DNA of 20,000 nt from Catajapyx aquilonaris (Eukaryota). Shown one piece after another: positions 1-10,118 of this stretch; position 1 is the stretch's first letter, and every line of letters begins with the position of its first letter. The notes below the pieces were generated by a model. The model searched no databases. It worked only from the letters and a program-made list of their open reading frames with translations, and was not told the DNA's origin. Location of the stretch: assembly GCA_000934665.2 (NCBI GenBank), contig JYFJ02001773.1, positions 50,368 through 70,367 on the forward strand, in the 5' to 3' direction. Position numbers and translations under genes: made by a program.

Positions 1-1271
1 ACCTTCCTCCTGGCTGGACTTCAGATTCAGTTGGATACTATGCATATGATGGGCGTCTGTACAAAGGGAGATCTAGTGGTGTACCTTTTGGTCCCACTTG
101 CGAATGCGGGGACAGAATGGGCTGTGGAATCAAGTTTTCCAGAATGCAAGAAGGGCAGGATCCTTATTATATGTGTGTGCCTGTCTTCTTCACCAAGAAT
201 GGCAAAGAGGTGCATTACAGTTATTTAGAATGGATCCTCTTAGTAAGAAAGAAACTGATTTATGTCTGTGTCTTTCTCCAGGTGGGCACAAGTGTAGTCC
301 CCCTCCCCCCAGGTGGATTCTACCCGTCAGTAACCCTCCAGACCAGCGGTGAGGAAGTACGGCTGCGTCAGGAGCTCCGATGGGCATGGCAGGAGGATGT
401 GCGCATGTCAGTCGATGGGTGTGAGGAAGACTGGCTCCGCTTGCACGACGTCCGCCTGAACGGAGCAGTGCTGGAATACACCGGACGAGGAAAGTCGATA
501 GTGGATGTGGGATTGGCTCAGGCCAGACAAGCCCTCAACACCACCTCTCACTACTTTGAAATTGAGATAGTGGACCCAGGAGAGAGCTGCTACATTGCCA
601 TAGGACTAGCCAGGAGAGACTATCCGAGGCGCAGGCATCCGGGTTGGAACAAGGGGTCAGTCGCTTACCATGCAGACGACGGGAAGATCTTCATGGGAAG
701 TGGAGTTGGGGATCCATTTGGGCCCAGGTGCCATAAGGGTGATCTCATGGGTTGCGGAATACTCTTCCCTGCTGATTACCCTGACAAGTATGACAGGTAA
801 GCATAAGGCTACTAGCATCATGCCAGATCCATCACTTTGACCTTATATTGGACAGTGATGGTGGCTCCTATGACGATGCAAGCCCTGAGTCACCAGTTTA
901 CATGGATGGCTCTGAAATGGCAATGAATGGACAGGACAGTGGGAGTGACAGCGGAGATGAAGAGTGGTGGGCCAATCATGATCCGCCAAATGGAAGGAAA
1001 GTGCAGGTGAGGAATCAGCATGTTCACAAGCTTGTGAGAATCGGTCACAGCGAGAAGACAATTCGGCTGACTTCTTGCTCGTACTAAAATGTCTCAGGGT
1101 TCTTGCACCTGGAGTGATTTTAATTTCATATTGCAGATCTTCTTCACCCGGAACGGGACGACGATTGGCAAGAAAGAAGTTACAATACCCAAAGGTGGTT
1201 TCTACCCCACAATTGGCATGTTAAGTGTCGATGAGAAAGTAAGAGTAGATTTGCACCCACTCACTGGCTAA
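1..1271 (+). CDS. SPRYD3: SPRY domain-containing protein 3, 3' part (5'-truncated by window); exons <1..209, 282..796, 856..1006, 1137..1271
   Basis: The frame from nt 3 reads LPPGWTSDSVGYYAYDGRLYKGRSSGVPFGPTCECGDRMGCGI, followed by a second SPRY repeat (YFEIEIVDPG..IAIGLA..HPGWNKGSVAYHADDGKIF..FGPRC..GDLMGCGI). The C-terminus IFFTRNG..IGKK..PKGGFYPTIGMLSVDEKVRVDLHPLTG* closely matches the recalled SPRYD3 C-terminus. GT-AG introns 210..281, 797..855 and 1007..1136 are phase-consistent. Confidence 0.92.
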
Positions 1272-1621
1272 GAAAGAAAACTCTATTGTATGTATTGTTG
1301 TACATGTGTAAATAGGTGCATGTAAGTGATGCACTCTGTTGTGTACATACAAGGAATACTACAATAATGGTCTGGTTGCTGCAGTGCAGTAGGTATGTTA
1401 ATAATGTACATAAAACCCAATTAATAAGTTTAAACTTGTTTTACCCCTGATGTTACCGTACATTTATGGTGAAGACTGTCTTTTTGTCATTTTCATTGGT
1501 GGGATGGGGCTGGGAAAATTGGAAGAAATTACAGTGACCTAGACCCTGACTTGTCCAGACTACTCATGTCTCGGTGTCTGTAACAATGTTCGCATTATTT
1601 GCTTACCGGCGCCTTGTAGTC

Positions 1622-1627
1622 AATAAA
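1622..1627 (+). promoter_or_regulatory. Putative polyadenylation signal of SPRYD3
   Basis: AATAAA about 350 nt downstream of the SPRYD3 stop. Confidence 0.5.
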
Positions 1628-1811
1628 AAAAAGTGAGATTAGAACAGCATCCAGTCTCCTTATTTGGCACTCAGTTACATGAAAGGCACTCATGGGATGA
1701 AAATCTTTGTAACACATGATTTCTTTCTTTACACTAAGCACAGGGTCACCCCAATGCAAGTTTAACTAAGGCAACCCTACCTTGTTGTCCTCTCCCCCTT
1801 TTTTTTCTTTT

Positions 1812-4800
1812 TTACTTCCCAACTTTGGCTAAAAACGCTGACACTGGCTCCCAAATGGGCTCTGGCTTCTTTATGAAAATGTATACTCCACTCCCAGCTG
1901 CTAGTCCAAGAACAGCCAGAATGAAGAATCGCTTCCGCTGAGAGCGCTTGGGAGAAGATGAAACCAGGTCTGCCGACACATACTCTGGATTGCCACTGAT
2001 CTGTGAAATGATATGTGAATGATTGTACATCCCCAATATATTTCCAAAATGACGTTTACCTTATTCATCTGCTTGAGAAAGTAGACGTTCTCCTCATTGA
2101 GAGCCTGGCAGGCCTCGACAGACATCTTAAGCTGGTCACAAAGCTGCTGCACATTGCAGGTCTCCTTCCCCAGCTCCAAGATCTTTGGATTATTCTCAAC
2201 TGCCGTTCGCATGTATCCATACTGTTGCACTATGTACTTAAGGTGCTTGGTCACGTTGGCTGTTGTTGCCACTAGATCTGGACATCTGAAAGCAAAAATT
2301 GTCAACATTTGACAACTATACCTTTTAAGACAAATGGTCTTTATGGTGCTATACAAAAGGAATGCAGTAGACCCACAAAGCAGGATAGTGTGTAACAATA
2401 CCCGTAACAATGCTTCAGAGTCATTCGACTTACGAAATATCAGGCACCATTGCACACCTAACAAGTTTCGCTTGCAAGAAGGTATAGAGATGACTATTTC
2501 AAGCCATATTTCCAACTCAAAAGGCATGCATGCCAAGAGTAGACACTGGGTGTCCTGAAAAAAAATATTGGCACCTGGCACTGCCGTGTTGTGTAATCAC
2601 TCCGCCTACTCAGCGTAAAAATAATAAAAAAACTTTTCCAAACTGTCTTGGCACCTTCTACATTTGTTTTGTTTAGTGGAACAATAGTAAAACCTTGTAA
2701 TTTTTTCTAAATCGTCCAGGCCAGCTTCAGTATTGGCTGTTCCAACTGTTTAGACTGAAAGGCACAAGGCAGAAGTCATGGCTGCACTGCTGTTCCAGTT
2801 TTAGATTCCACAGTAAAAATAGCTAGGCAACACCAACTGTGGAACATTCTAATATCACGTGGCATGCTTTACCTACTTATCACAGTACAAACACGTGAAT
2901 TATTTTCTACCAAGCTGACTGCTTGCTAACATTACCAAAGTGTACTGGCATTGCCTGGAACAGACATGGTGCTGCATTTGTACTATGCCAAAAGGGAACC
3001 TAGTTAGACGTCAGATATCAAGGGGAATTTCTGCCCAGTATTGCCTTTCACATTTACAACTGCAGCCACGAGAAAGTTCATGCCAGGTATCCCATTTGAA
3101 GCCAACATAAAAACGGCTGCAAGCTCACGTGAGGAGTCCCTTATTGTCAATGGCGGGCAAGCTGCTCTTCTCCCAATGCTGCAGGTTAAACCTCTTGATG
3201 CAATCCAGGATCTTTCTCCTGGCCCCAAGTTCTGTAATGCCCACTCGGTCCAGGTCCTTCTCATCCATTGTCTGGAAGATCAGGAAGTCCACCTTGTGGC
3301 GCTTGAACAAGTGCAGGTACTCAGTCAGGCCAAGACCAGTCAGTACTGTGTCGAGCTCAGACGAAAGGCTCGTGGTCGAAGAATCGTCACGCTTGGTTGG
3401 GGCACCCAGGCCATTCAGGACGGAAGGGTCCTGGCCAACCTTCCACTCATTCTGTATCACACTGTTGAGGATCTCTGAGATCTGGTAAAGGAAGAAATGA
3501 ATGCCCTTATTAACCCCTTACAGGTTGAAATAATGAAGATCTGCAATGTCGACTTCAAAAATTAACGCTAAAATGAAATGAAACATAAATCAAAATCGGT
3601 TACTTACAGCTTCATGACCTGCAAAGTAGGCATGATTGGCTGCAGTCTGTGCATTCTGGCAGGTGACAGTTGGATCAGAACCAGCCTTCAACAGAGCTCT
3701 AACCAGGTGGCCATGACCCTTGTTGGCTGCCCACATGAGAGCCTAGAAAGGAAGATTACTTTGATATCTTACCTCCTAATATTTATAGCAAGGCAATGGT
3801 TTAAGATTAAAATTAATACACAATTACAGTCACATGTGCACATTTTTTTAAACACGATACTAAAATGCTTGTCATTTATAGTCTCTGCTTACTGTCCATC
3901 CATGATTGTCTTGCTTCTCAAAGGCTGCCCCAGCTGCCAACAGTTTTCTGGTAACTTCGAGTTTTCCCTCTCTGCAGGCAAACATGAGACCAGTCATTTT
4001 GTGCTTCTCGGTGGCATTAACATTGGCTCCTGCACCCAGAATGACCTCAACAACTTCCACCACATCAGACTCCTTACTGACACCAGCCACACATGCAGCC
4101 ATCAGAGGAGTAAATGAATCTGAAAGAGTGGACGAGGATTGGTTAAAAAAATTAATCTGAAAATGATGATCACCCATTCTAACCAGGTCACTCTTTTTTT
4201 TTTTTTGCTGTCTGGGACGCAGTTTTGTTACAGTTATAATTCTTCTGCGTCATCTATGACTTACTACTCCTTTTTTAGGAAGTTATCCTATTGTTCTTGT
4301 TTTTTCAATCAGCAACAAAGATGCTTTCAAGTTAAATCATATTTGGCCCATGATCATTGTGTGCAATTGGGATTTGTTTCATAATGCAATATCATGCCAA
4401 ATTCTATGGCTATAATTATGTGTTCCTATTTTCTGGCTAGTGCACATGTGAATATGATTAGGGATGGATAAATTCCAGAAACATTTTCTCTCCTTTCCAA
4501 TCTGACTTGTTGCCAAGGTCTTTCCGCGCTTCTACCCTGAGTATTCATCACCGCAACGAGAGTTGATTCATCCAGAAAGGTCAGTAAGCAATTTTTAGCC
4601 AGCTGGTTGCTCCCTCCTTGCCGTTGGCCTGTGTCCAAGCAAAGCATTTCCTCTATCTCTCAAAGGTACAGCAATCTCTTGCTCACCCACTCTCACCTTT
4701 GTGGACATTGGGGTCTGCTCCCTCTTGGATCAGAAGACGAGCAATTTCATGTTGACCTCGGCCGCATGCATACATCAAGGGTGTCCATTCATCCTTCATT

Positions 4801-7800
4801 GGCTCATTGATTTTAATACCTGCAATAAGAAAGGGCAACTACATAATCTTTGAAGCTATCACTTACTTCCCAAAGCTTATAGTTAAAAATGGTTGCACAG
4901 ATGCACAATATTGACAGTAATTTACTTTTCTCAAGTTCTCTTGCAATTAGCATTATTTACTTAAGAATAGTTTCTTGCACAAAATATCTAATTGCTTCCT
5001 TCTATAAATATAAATGTACTCTTACAAAATGCCTAATGTCAATGGCCATGGTTTAGGTGAGCTGAACCATGTGTGGCTCAGCCAACAATAACACTGACTG
5101 GACTAACTTTGTTACAAGCATCCTAAAAGCCAACAAGGGCTCTTGCTCTTAGCCTTAATGACTGGCAAAGCACTTACAGTGTTAAGAGAAATTGAAAATG
5201 CATTCCATAAGAAGCAATAATAATTGTAAAGAACTTCAACTGTCACCTACATTTATTTCTATGTTATTCTAATGAAATAAGTAGGTAGCCATCTTGTACT
5301 TTTCTTCCTACCAAATATATTTCTGCCAACAAGAGCCTGTCATACAAACTGTAACTTCGGTATGTGTCAAAAATCATATATAAGTTCAGTACCATTCCTT
5401 TATGACAGCATCCTTTTAAATTTCAGATAAATATGAGGGGATGGAATAGTCTGCATAAGTTTTCTAGACAAGCAAAAAATTCTCTTGCTGATCACATTCA
5501 CTTAATACGTAAGCAACACATCTATACACCTGCACTTTCTAAAATTACAGGGTATCTCAAGACAATACTTCAGGACTCACCCTTCTTGAGGCAATCTCGG
5601 ACCAAAGGCAGGTTCCCATGCATGATGGCCATCCGCATTTCCTCTACATCTTGCAGCCTGGGTTTTGGAGGTGGCTGGGGCTTCGGAGGAGTCTGCTGTT
5701 TTGGAGGTGTCTGTGGCTTTGGAGGAGGTTGCTTTGGCTGAGGCGGAGGCTGCGGCTGAGTGGGTGACTGGACCTGCCTGGGTGACTGGACCTGCGGCTT
5801 GGGAGGGGATCGGTTAACTTGCTTTGGAGGTGTTGGTTCCCTTGAACCCCCGCTGGAGGACTCCTCCTCCTCCTCTTCCTCCTCTTCTTCAGAGGATTCC
5901 TCTGCTTCACCATTGACTTCTGGTGGAGGAGGACCCCTCTGAATGAGAGTACGCAATGGAGGCTGCGCCGGCCTAGGTGTCGGCTTAGGTTCAACCTTTG
6001 GCTCTGGCTTGGGTTCTGGCTTCTGAGCTGGCTTCACAACTGGCTTTGCCTCTGGCTCAGCTGGTTTGGGTTTGGTTGGGCTTGTGGCTGGTGATTGTTG
6101 GGGTGTACCTGGTTTTGCAGGTGACTTTTGCGGGGGCCAAGATGGCAGATCCTATAAGTAAAAAATTTCCTTAATAAAAACCTGACAAATGGCAGCATAC
6201 TACTCAGAGATGGAGCACAACATGTTACCAAATGTGCAACTGAACAATGTTGTTTGACATGCCGAGAGTACAGTATTACAAAAGATGAATAAGAGTGAAG
6301 TACAGTGTTGGTCATATATCGAGGCAACCGCCAGCGACATTTTCCGAAGCGGCAGAAGAAGGATTCGAAGATAAGCATACTTCAAGCATGGGCGGGCAAG
6401 ATTCCTTCTTCTGCCGCTTCGGAAAATGTCGCTGGCGGTTGCCTCGATATATGGCCAACACTGTACCTGAAATTAGAATTCAATATGATTATAATTTTAT
6501 ACTGCCACTTGGAAATGACATACATGTCACAACTACATAGATGGAAAATTAGGTAAGCCAAAACAATTCCGTATTTAGAACTGTTGCAGGAGGTGGATTT
6601 TACTTTTGTATATCAATTCTTTGACAGCAAATATCAAACCAGACTATCGTTAACTGGTCTTGCCTTTCTACGTAAACTTGACACTTCCATAACCATCAAA
6701 ATTACAAGCATAATTCATCTATAAAGGGATCTGCCCTCATTTTGTGAGGTAGCCAACCTTTCTGAATATGCTGCCCCAGACAAAACTTCGTAGAGTGTCT
6801 GCAGATCTCATGCCCAGATAATACAGTACACGGAGGATAGAAATAGAGGCGAAACTCACAAGAGAGAGACAACAAGCTCAAAAATAGATGTTTACACACT
6901 TGCACAGACACATTGTTCAGGAAATAGCAGTAACAGGAAACAATAACCGAGTCAATAGTAACTTCCTCGTAAGGCAGTTCACTAATACCGGTCAGCTGCG
7001 ATGTTCAAGCATCCTAACCCAGTAGAATCATTGGCACATTTACATGTAGGCCTAATGCGGGACCTAGAACAGCAACTGAAGTGAAAACCTACATGTAAAT
7101 TAGAGTAGTACAAATGCATTAACTCTGGAATGTCTAGCAAAGATTAGCTTCTTGCTACTGACAACAGTGGATATCATTCAACACTGCTTGAATGGCAACT
7201 TCCTAAAATGCTGAGCAGCATTTTGAGCCCATATTCCACACTACACTGAACTTACCTTTTTGCCCCCAGCATTAACTTCCCACCGCCTCGCCGCCATCTC
7301 GCCCAATAACCTGCACTGATAATGCCCTCTCTTGCGTCAACTCTGGAGTGTAGTCGACCGGCCGACTCACAACACACTTCCCCTGGCCAACCAAATAAAA
7401 AGGCAGGGGTCCAGACGAAGCCTACGACCTAAGCTCCCCAAAAGCAACCCAAGCTAGAAACCCTTCTATTTACAGTCTACATGCTGGGAACACTGCCAAT
7501 CTACATCACTCTTTTTGACTCTCCCCCCCATCTTGCCCCTTTTCCCTTCTTCCTTTTGACAATTGAGGGCAGAAGCATATGCTCACCTAGACAAGCTACC
7601 TACGTGCTATTTATGTGCAACTATTCAGCCCCCCCACCCCTTCCAAGCAGCTGCAATTAAAGTACAGCGGAAAATGAACCCAAGGTAATTGTCCCGTTTA
7701 TTAATAGAATAGCCGGCAAGGATCGAGCTAATCTCAAACCCATAAAAAAAGGTAGGTTGGCGCAACAGTAGAGCAGAATATACAAAGAGCAAGATTCCCA

Positions 7801-8895
7801 TACATGTTCCGAGTTAAGCCTGCAACTAATGCATTATGATGTGTTTAAGCATGGGCATAATGTGTGCTTCCTTAACACATATGATGTGATTCCTGGCACT
7901 TGAAATACCTTTGCATCATTCATCCCTACAATTCAGTTCTGACTGCAAGCAAATTAACAGCTAATTCGAGCTCTGAAAAAAAAATGGGCGAGGTGATGGC
8001 AAGTGAAAAGCACTACTGGGTACTACCAACTATTATTACTACTATTGTGACACAAGGCGCCTTCTAAATGTCGCAGGCTTACTGTAAATATTTACGAGTA
8101 CAGTCACCTACAATCCAACCTCATCATGTCAGCGTGATCTCTGCGTCAGATACTTCCGAGCATTGGCCGCAATATGCATTGTAACAATTTGTCATTTCAT
8201 CTACTGCATGATCATTTAGAAGTCATAATTTTGTATAAAAAAAATGAAGGTGTCACATACAAAGTAGCTATAACTTATTTTCTGCAATGGAATGCCCTCA
8301 CTCTTAGATAAACACTCCCAATTAAACGGAAGCTGGAAACAATGTAAACGGTATTTAAGGATACGCTGCAACACATGCCATTCTCCAGATTCCAAAACAA
8401 CTTCTGGGACATTTCCAAACCCTTCCATGAGTGTGAATGACATGAACCTGCCATGGTGGTTCTCTTTGTTCAAGCTCAGCAAGAGGTGACTATCTGATGA
8501 CAAGTAAGGTGAACAGGTTCACAGATGCATTGCAGCTACAGATACCACAATCCTAGAATGTGGTCTATGATTGACATGCCCTTTTCCCATTTATTGCCCT
8601 GGGCGGCATCCAGGATGCCATTTTGCAAGATGCTGTCACCCATCGTGACGGTGCTCAGGCTTTTCTGGCACTAGCACAAGCGAGTACAAGGTATGGTTTT
8701 GATCGGGTGTCCCAAGACGGGCGTGGCCAAGCCCACCTGTAAATGCCTTTTTACCTTTCCGTCCCCCTGTCCTGTCGCCTCCATCCCATTAGTGCTTCTC
8801 TTCATCTCCTCCTCAGGCATGCACCTGTACATCTGGGCGATCTTATCCTCATCCTCCTCGCTCTCGCTGTCCTCAAACCCGGCAGGCATTGACAT
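1812..8895 (-). CDS. ASZ1: Ankyrin repeat, SAM and bZIP-like domain protein (GASZ), piRNA biogenesis factor; exons 8895..8755, 6151..5581, 4819..4697, 4119..3893, 3742..3608, 3481..3129, 2285..2060, 2000..1812 (1965 nt, 654 aa)
   Basis: Acidic N-terminus (PAGFEDSESEEDED); ankyrin repeats (WTPLMYAC, FTPLMAAC, MTGLMFAC, GWTALMWAANKGH); SAM domain (LTGLGLTEYLHLFKRHKVDFLIFQTMDEKDLDRVGITELGARRKIL); helical/coiled segment; C-terminal TM (RKRFFILAVLGLAAGSGVYIFIKK). All seven introns are GT-AG with matching phases (0,1,1,0,0,2,0). The link from exon 1 to exon 2 across the 2.6-kb intron is the least certain junction. Confidence 0.88.
5660..6140 (-). repeat. Low-complexity coding repeats in ASZ1 exon 2 (KPEP, poly-E, QVQSP x2, PPKPQ units)
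   Basis: Translation shows KPEPKPEPKVEPKP, EEEEEEEEEE and repeated PPKPQ/PPKQQ. A 17-nt unit tgggtgactggacctgc occurs at 5761..5777 and 5779..5795. Confidence 0.85.
6303..6463. mobile_element. Foldback MITE, probably Tc1/mariner-type (TA target duplication), in ASZ1 intron 1
   Basis: 61-bp inverted arms 6303..6363 and 6403..6463 (CAGTGTTGG...CCAACACTG) with one mismatch (6312/6454). TA flanks on both sides (6301-6302, 6464-6465). No coding capacity. Confidence 0.85.
7256..7297 (-). CDS. ASZ1: Putative alternative first coding exon of ASZ1 (MAARRWEVNAGGKK)
   Basis: gagATGGCG start context; 14 codons ending in a consensus donor AAG|GTAAGT at phase 0, compatible with exon 2 at 6151. An upstream 60-bp GTGAGT...TGCAG intron (7370..7311) matches the local intron size. 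Confidence 0.55.
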
Positions 8896-9281
8896 CTTCC
8901 TGAACGCTTCTCACTGCAAGCAGGAATCTGAAGACAAAGGAATGGGAGCACGCCGCTGGCCGTGCACTGCCTCGTCGAATGTCGGGTAATCCTCCTGTCA
9001 CATGAGAGGGTCAAGGCCGCTACCCCCGTCTGCTCCGATCGTCTCCTCAAGGTTGCACTATCCGGAGACCAGGCACACTTTCTACGAAGCCAGATGATGC
9101 ACGACAGCACGAGGTGGGGTTCGAAAATGGTATCGACATGAGCTACCTGCACGGTCTGAAGGAATATCCAAGATGGCCGCCTCCACCACATGGTGATGCA
9201 CGGCAGTGACAGTGCACGGTACTCACTAGTCAGCTGGGTGAATGTGAAGAGGGTCCCCAGGCTCCAACAGGGTGCTTGTGG
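8896..9281. promoter_or_regulatory. Bidirectional promoter region between ASZ1 and PET117 with a YY1/Pho-like motif at 9169..9181
   Basis: Divergent ATGs only 386 bp apart; GC- and CpG-rich; CAAGATGGCCGCC matches the YY1 consensus. Confidence 0.65.
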
Positions 9282-9569
9282 ATGTCCCTGCTGGCCAAAA
9301 CCACGTTCGCGGTGGCCTGCACCATATCAGGGGGTATCATCTTCTACGTGCATTACAAGCAGCATGACGACAGGTATGCCATACCGCAACACACAGCCAA
9401 TAACTATGTACATGGCCGGTATACCCACAGGCAGAAGCTGCACGAAGGTGTCGTGCGAGATATTGAGCGTCAACAGCGGCGCAAGATCGAGAACCTCCAC
9501 CTGCTACAGAAACAAATTGATCTGACAAAGCAGCTGAAGAAGGACGCCACGCAGGAGGAGGGCAAATGA
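9282..9569 (+). CDS. PET117: Cytochrome c oxidase assembly factor PET117; exons 9282..9373 and 9431..9569 (76 aa)
   Basis: Spliced product MSLLAKTTFAVACTISGGIIFYVHYKQHDDRQKLHEGVVRDIERQQRRKIENLHLLQKQIDLTKQLKK.. fits the PET117 pattern (hydrophobic N-terminus, VHxKQ..L..GV.RDIERQ..K.EN..LL..Q..LT.QL). A 57-bp GT-AG intron lies at 9374..9430. Confidence 0.92.
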   Translation: MSLLAKTTFAVACTISGGIIFYVHYKQHDDRYAIPQHTANNYVHGRYTHRQKLHEGVVRDIERQQRRKIENLHLLQKQIDLTKQLKKDATQEEGK

Positions 9570-9931
9570 ATAGACTGGAGGTTTTGACACCATTGATATC
9601 TCCATTTATTGCAGAAAATAGTTGATTCGTCACGAAGTGTAAAAACAGAAGGTGGTGTAACAAAAAAAGTTATTTGTTTCGCATCAACAGAAACATTATT
9701 GTGGAACTATGCGGGGGGAGGAGGAACAGGGTGGAGGAGGGGGGGGGAAAGGTTTTCTAAGAATGGATCATTCAGATCTAAAAACAAACATCCCTCTTTG
9801 GCAAATTGGATCAATCACAACCAACAAACGGCCAACTAGTACCCAGCCCTGAATTGTTGATTTACAATCCCTCTCGGATGGAATGTCTCATTTAATGTCC
9901 ACTCTCTCTCTCTTACCTGCCCATCATATAA

Positions 9932-10008
9932 AATAAATCTATCTGGTATGTACACAATTGGTTGAAACAAATTTGACTTTTACGGTAGCACAACAATATG
10001 AAAATAAA
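9932..10008 (+). promoter_or_regulatory. Candidate PET117 polyadenylation signals
   Basis: AATAAA at 9932..9937 and 10003..10008. Confidence 0.4.
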
Positions 10009-10118
10009 TAACCGTTCACACTCATGCAAGACAAGTCTAATGAACTAGTTGCTAAAAATCCACGACACTGGTTCAGACAATCCTAATGCATGTTGACTAG
10101 ATGATAATGACCACTTGT

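Noticed and set aside
2286..2581. 5' extension of the 226-aa ORF 1901..2581 as coding
   Set aside because: It lies in ASZ1 intron 6; a clean phase-2 acceptor at 2286 explains the real exon, and the extension has no GASZ-like features.
3041..4160. Plus-strand ORFs (3041..3478, 3129..3488, 3578..4117, 3906..4160)
   Set aside because: Antisense shadows of ASZ1 exons with no recognisable protein features.
6034..6556. ORFs on both strands sharing FFCRFGKCRWRLPRYM
   Set aside because: Artefact of the MITE inverted repeat, not duplicated coding sequence.
7205..7224. Palindrome AAAATGCTG-AG-CAGCATTTT as terminator or hairpin
   Set aside because: A 9-bp stem is expected by chance in 20 kb, and intrinsic terminators are irrelevant to a Pol II intron.
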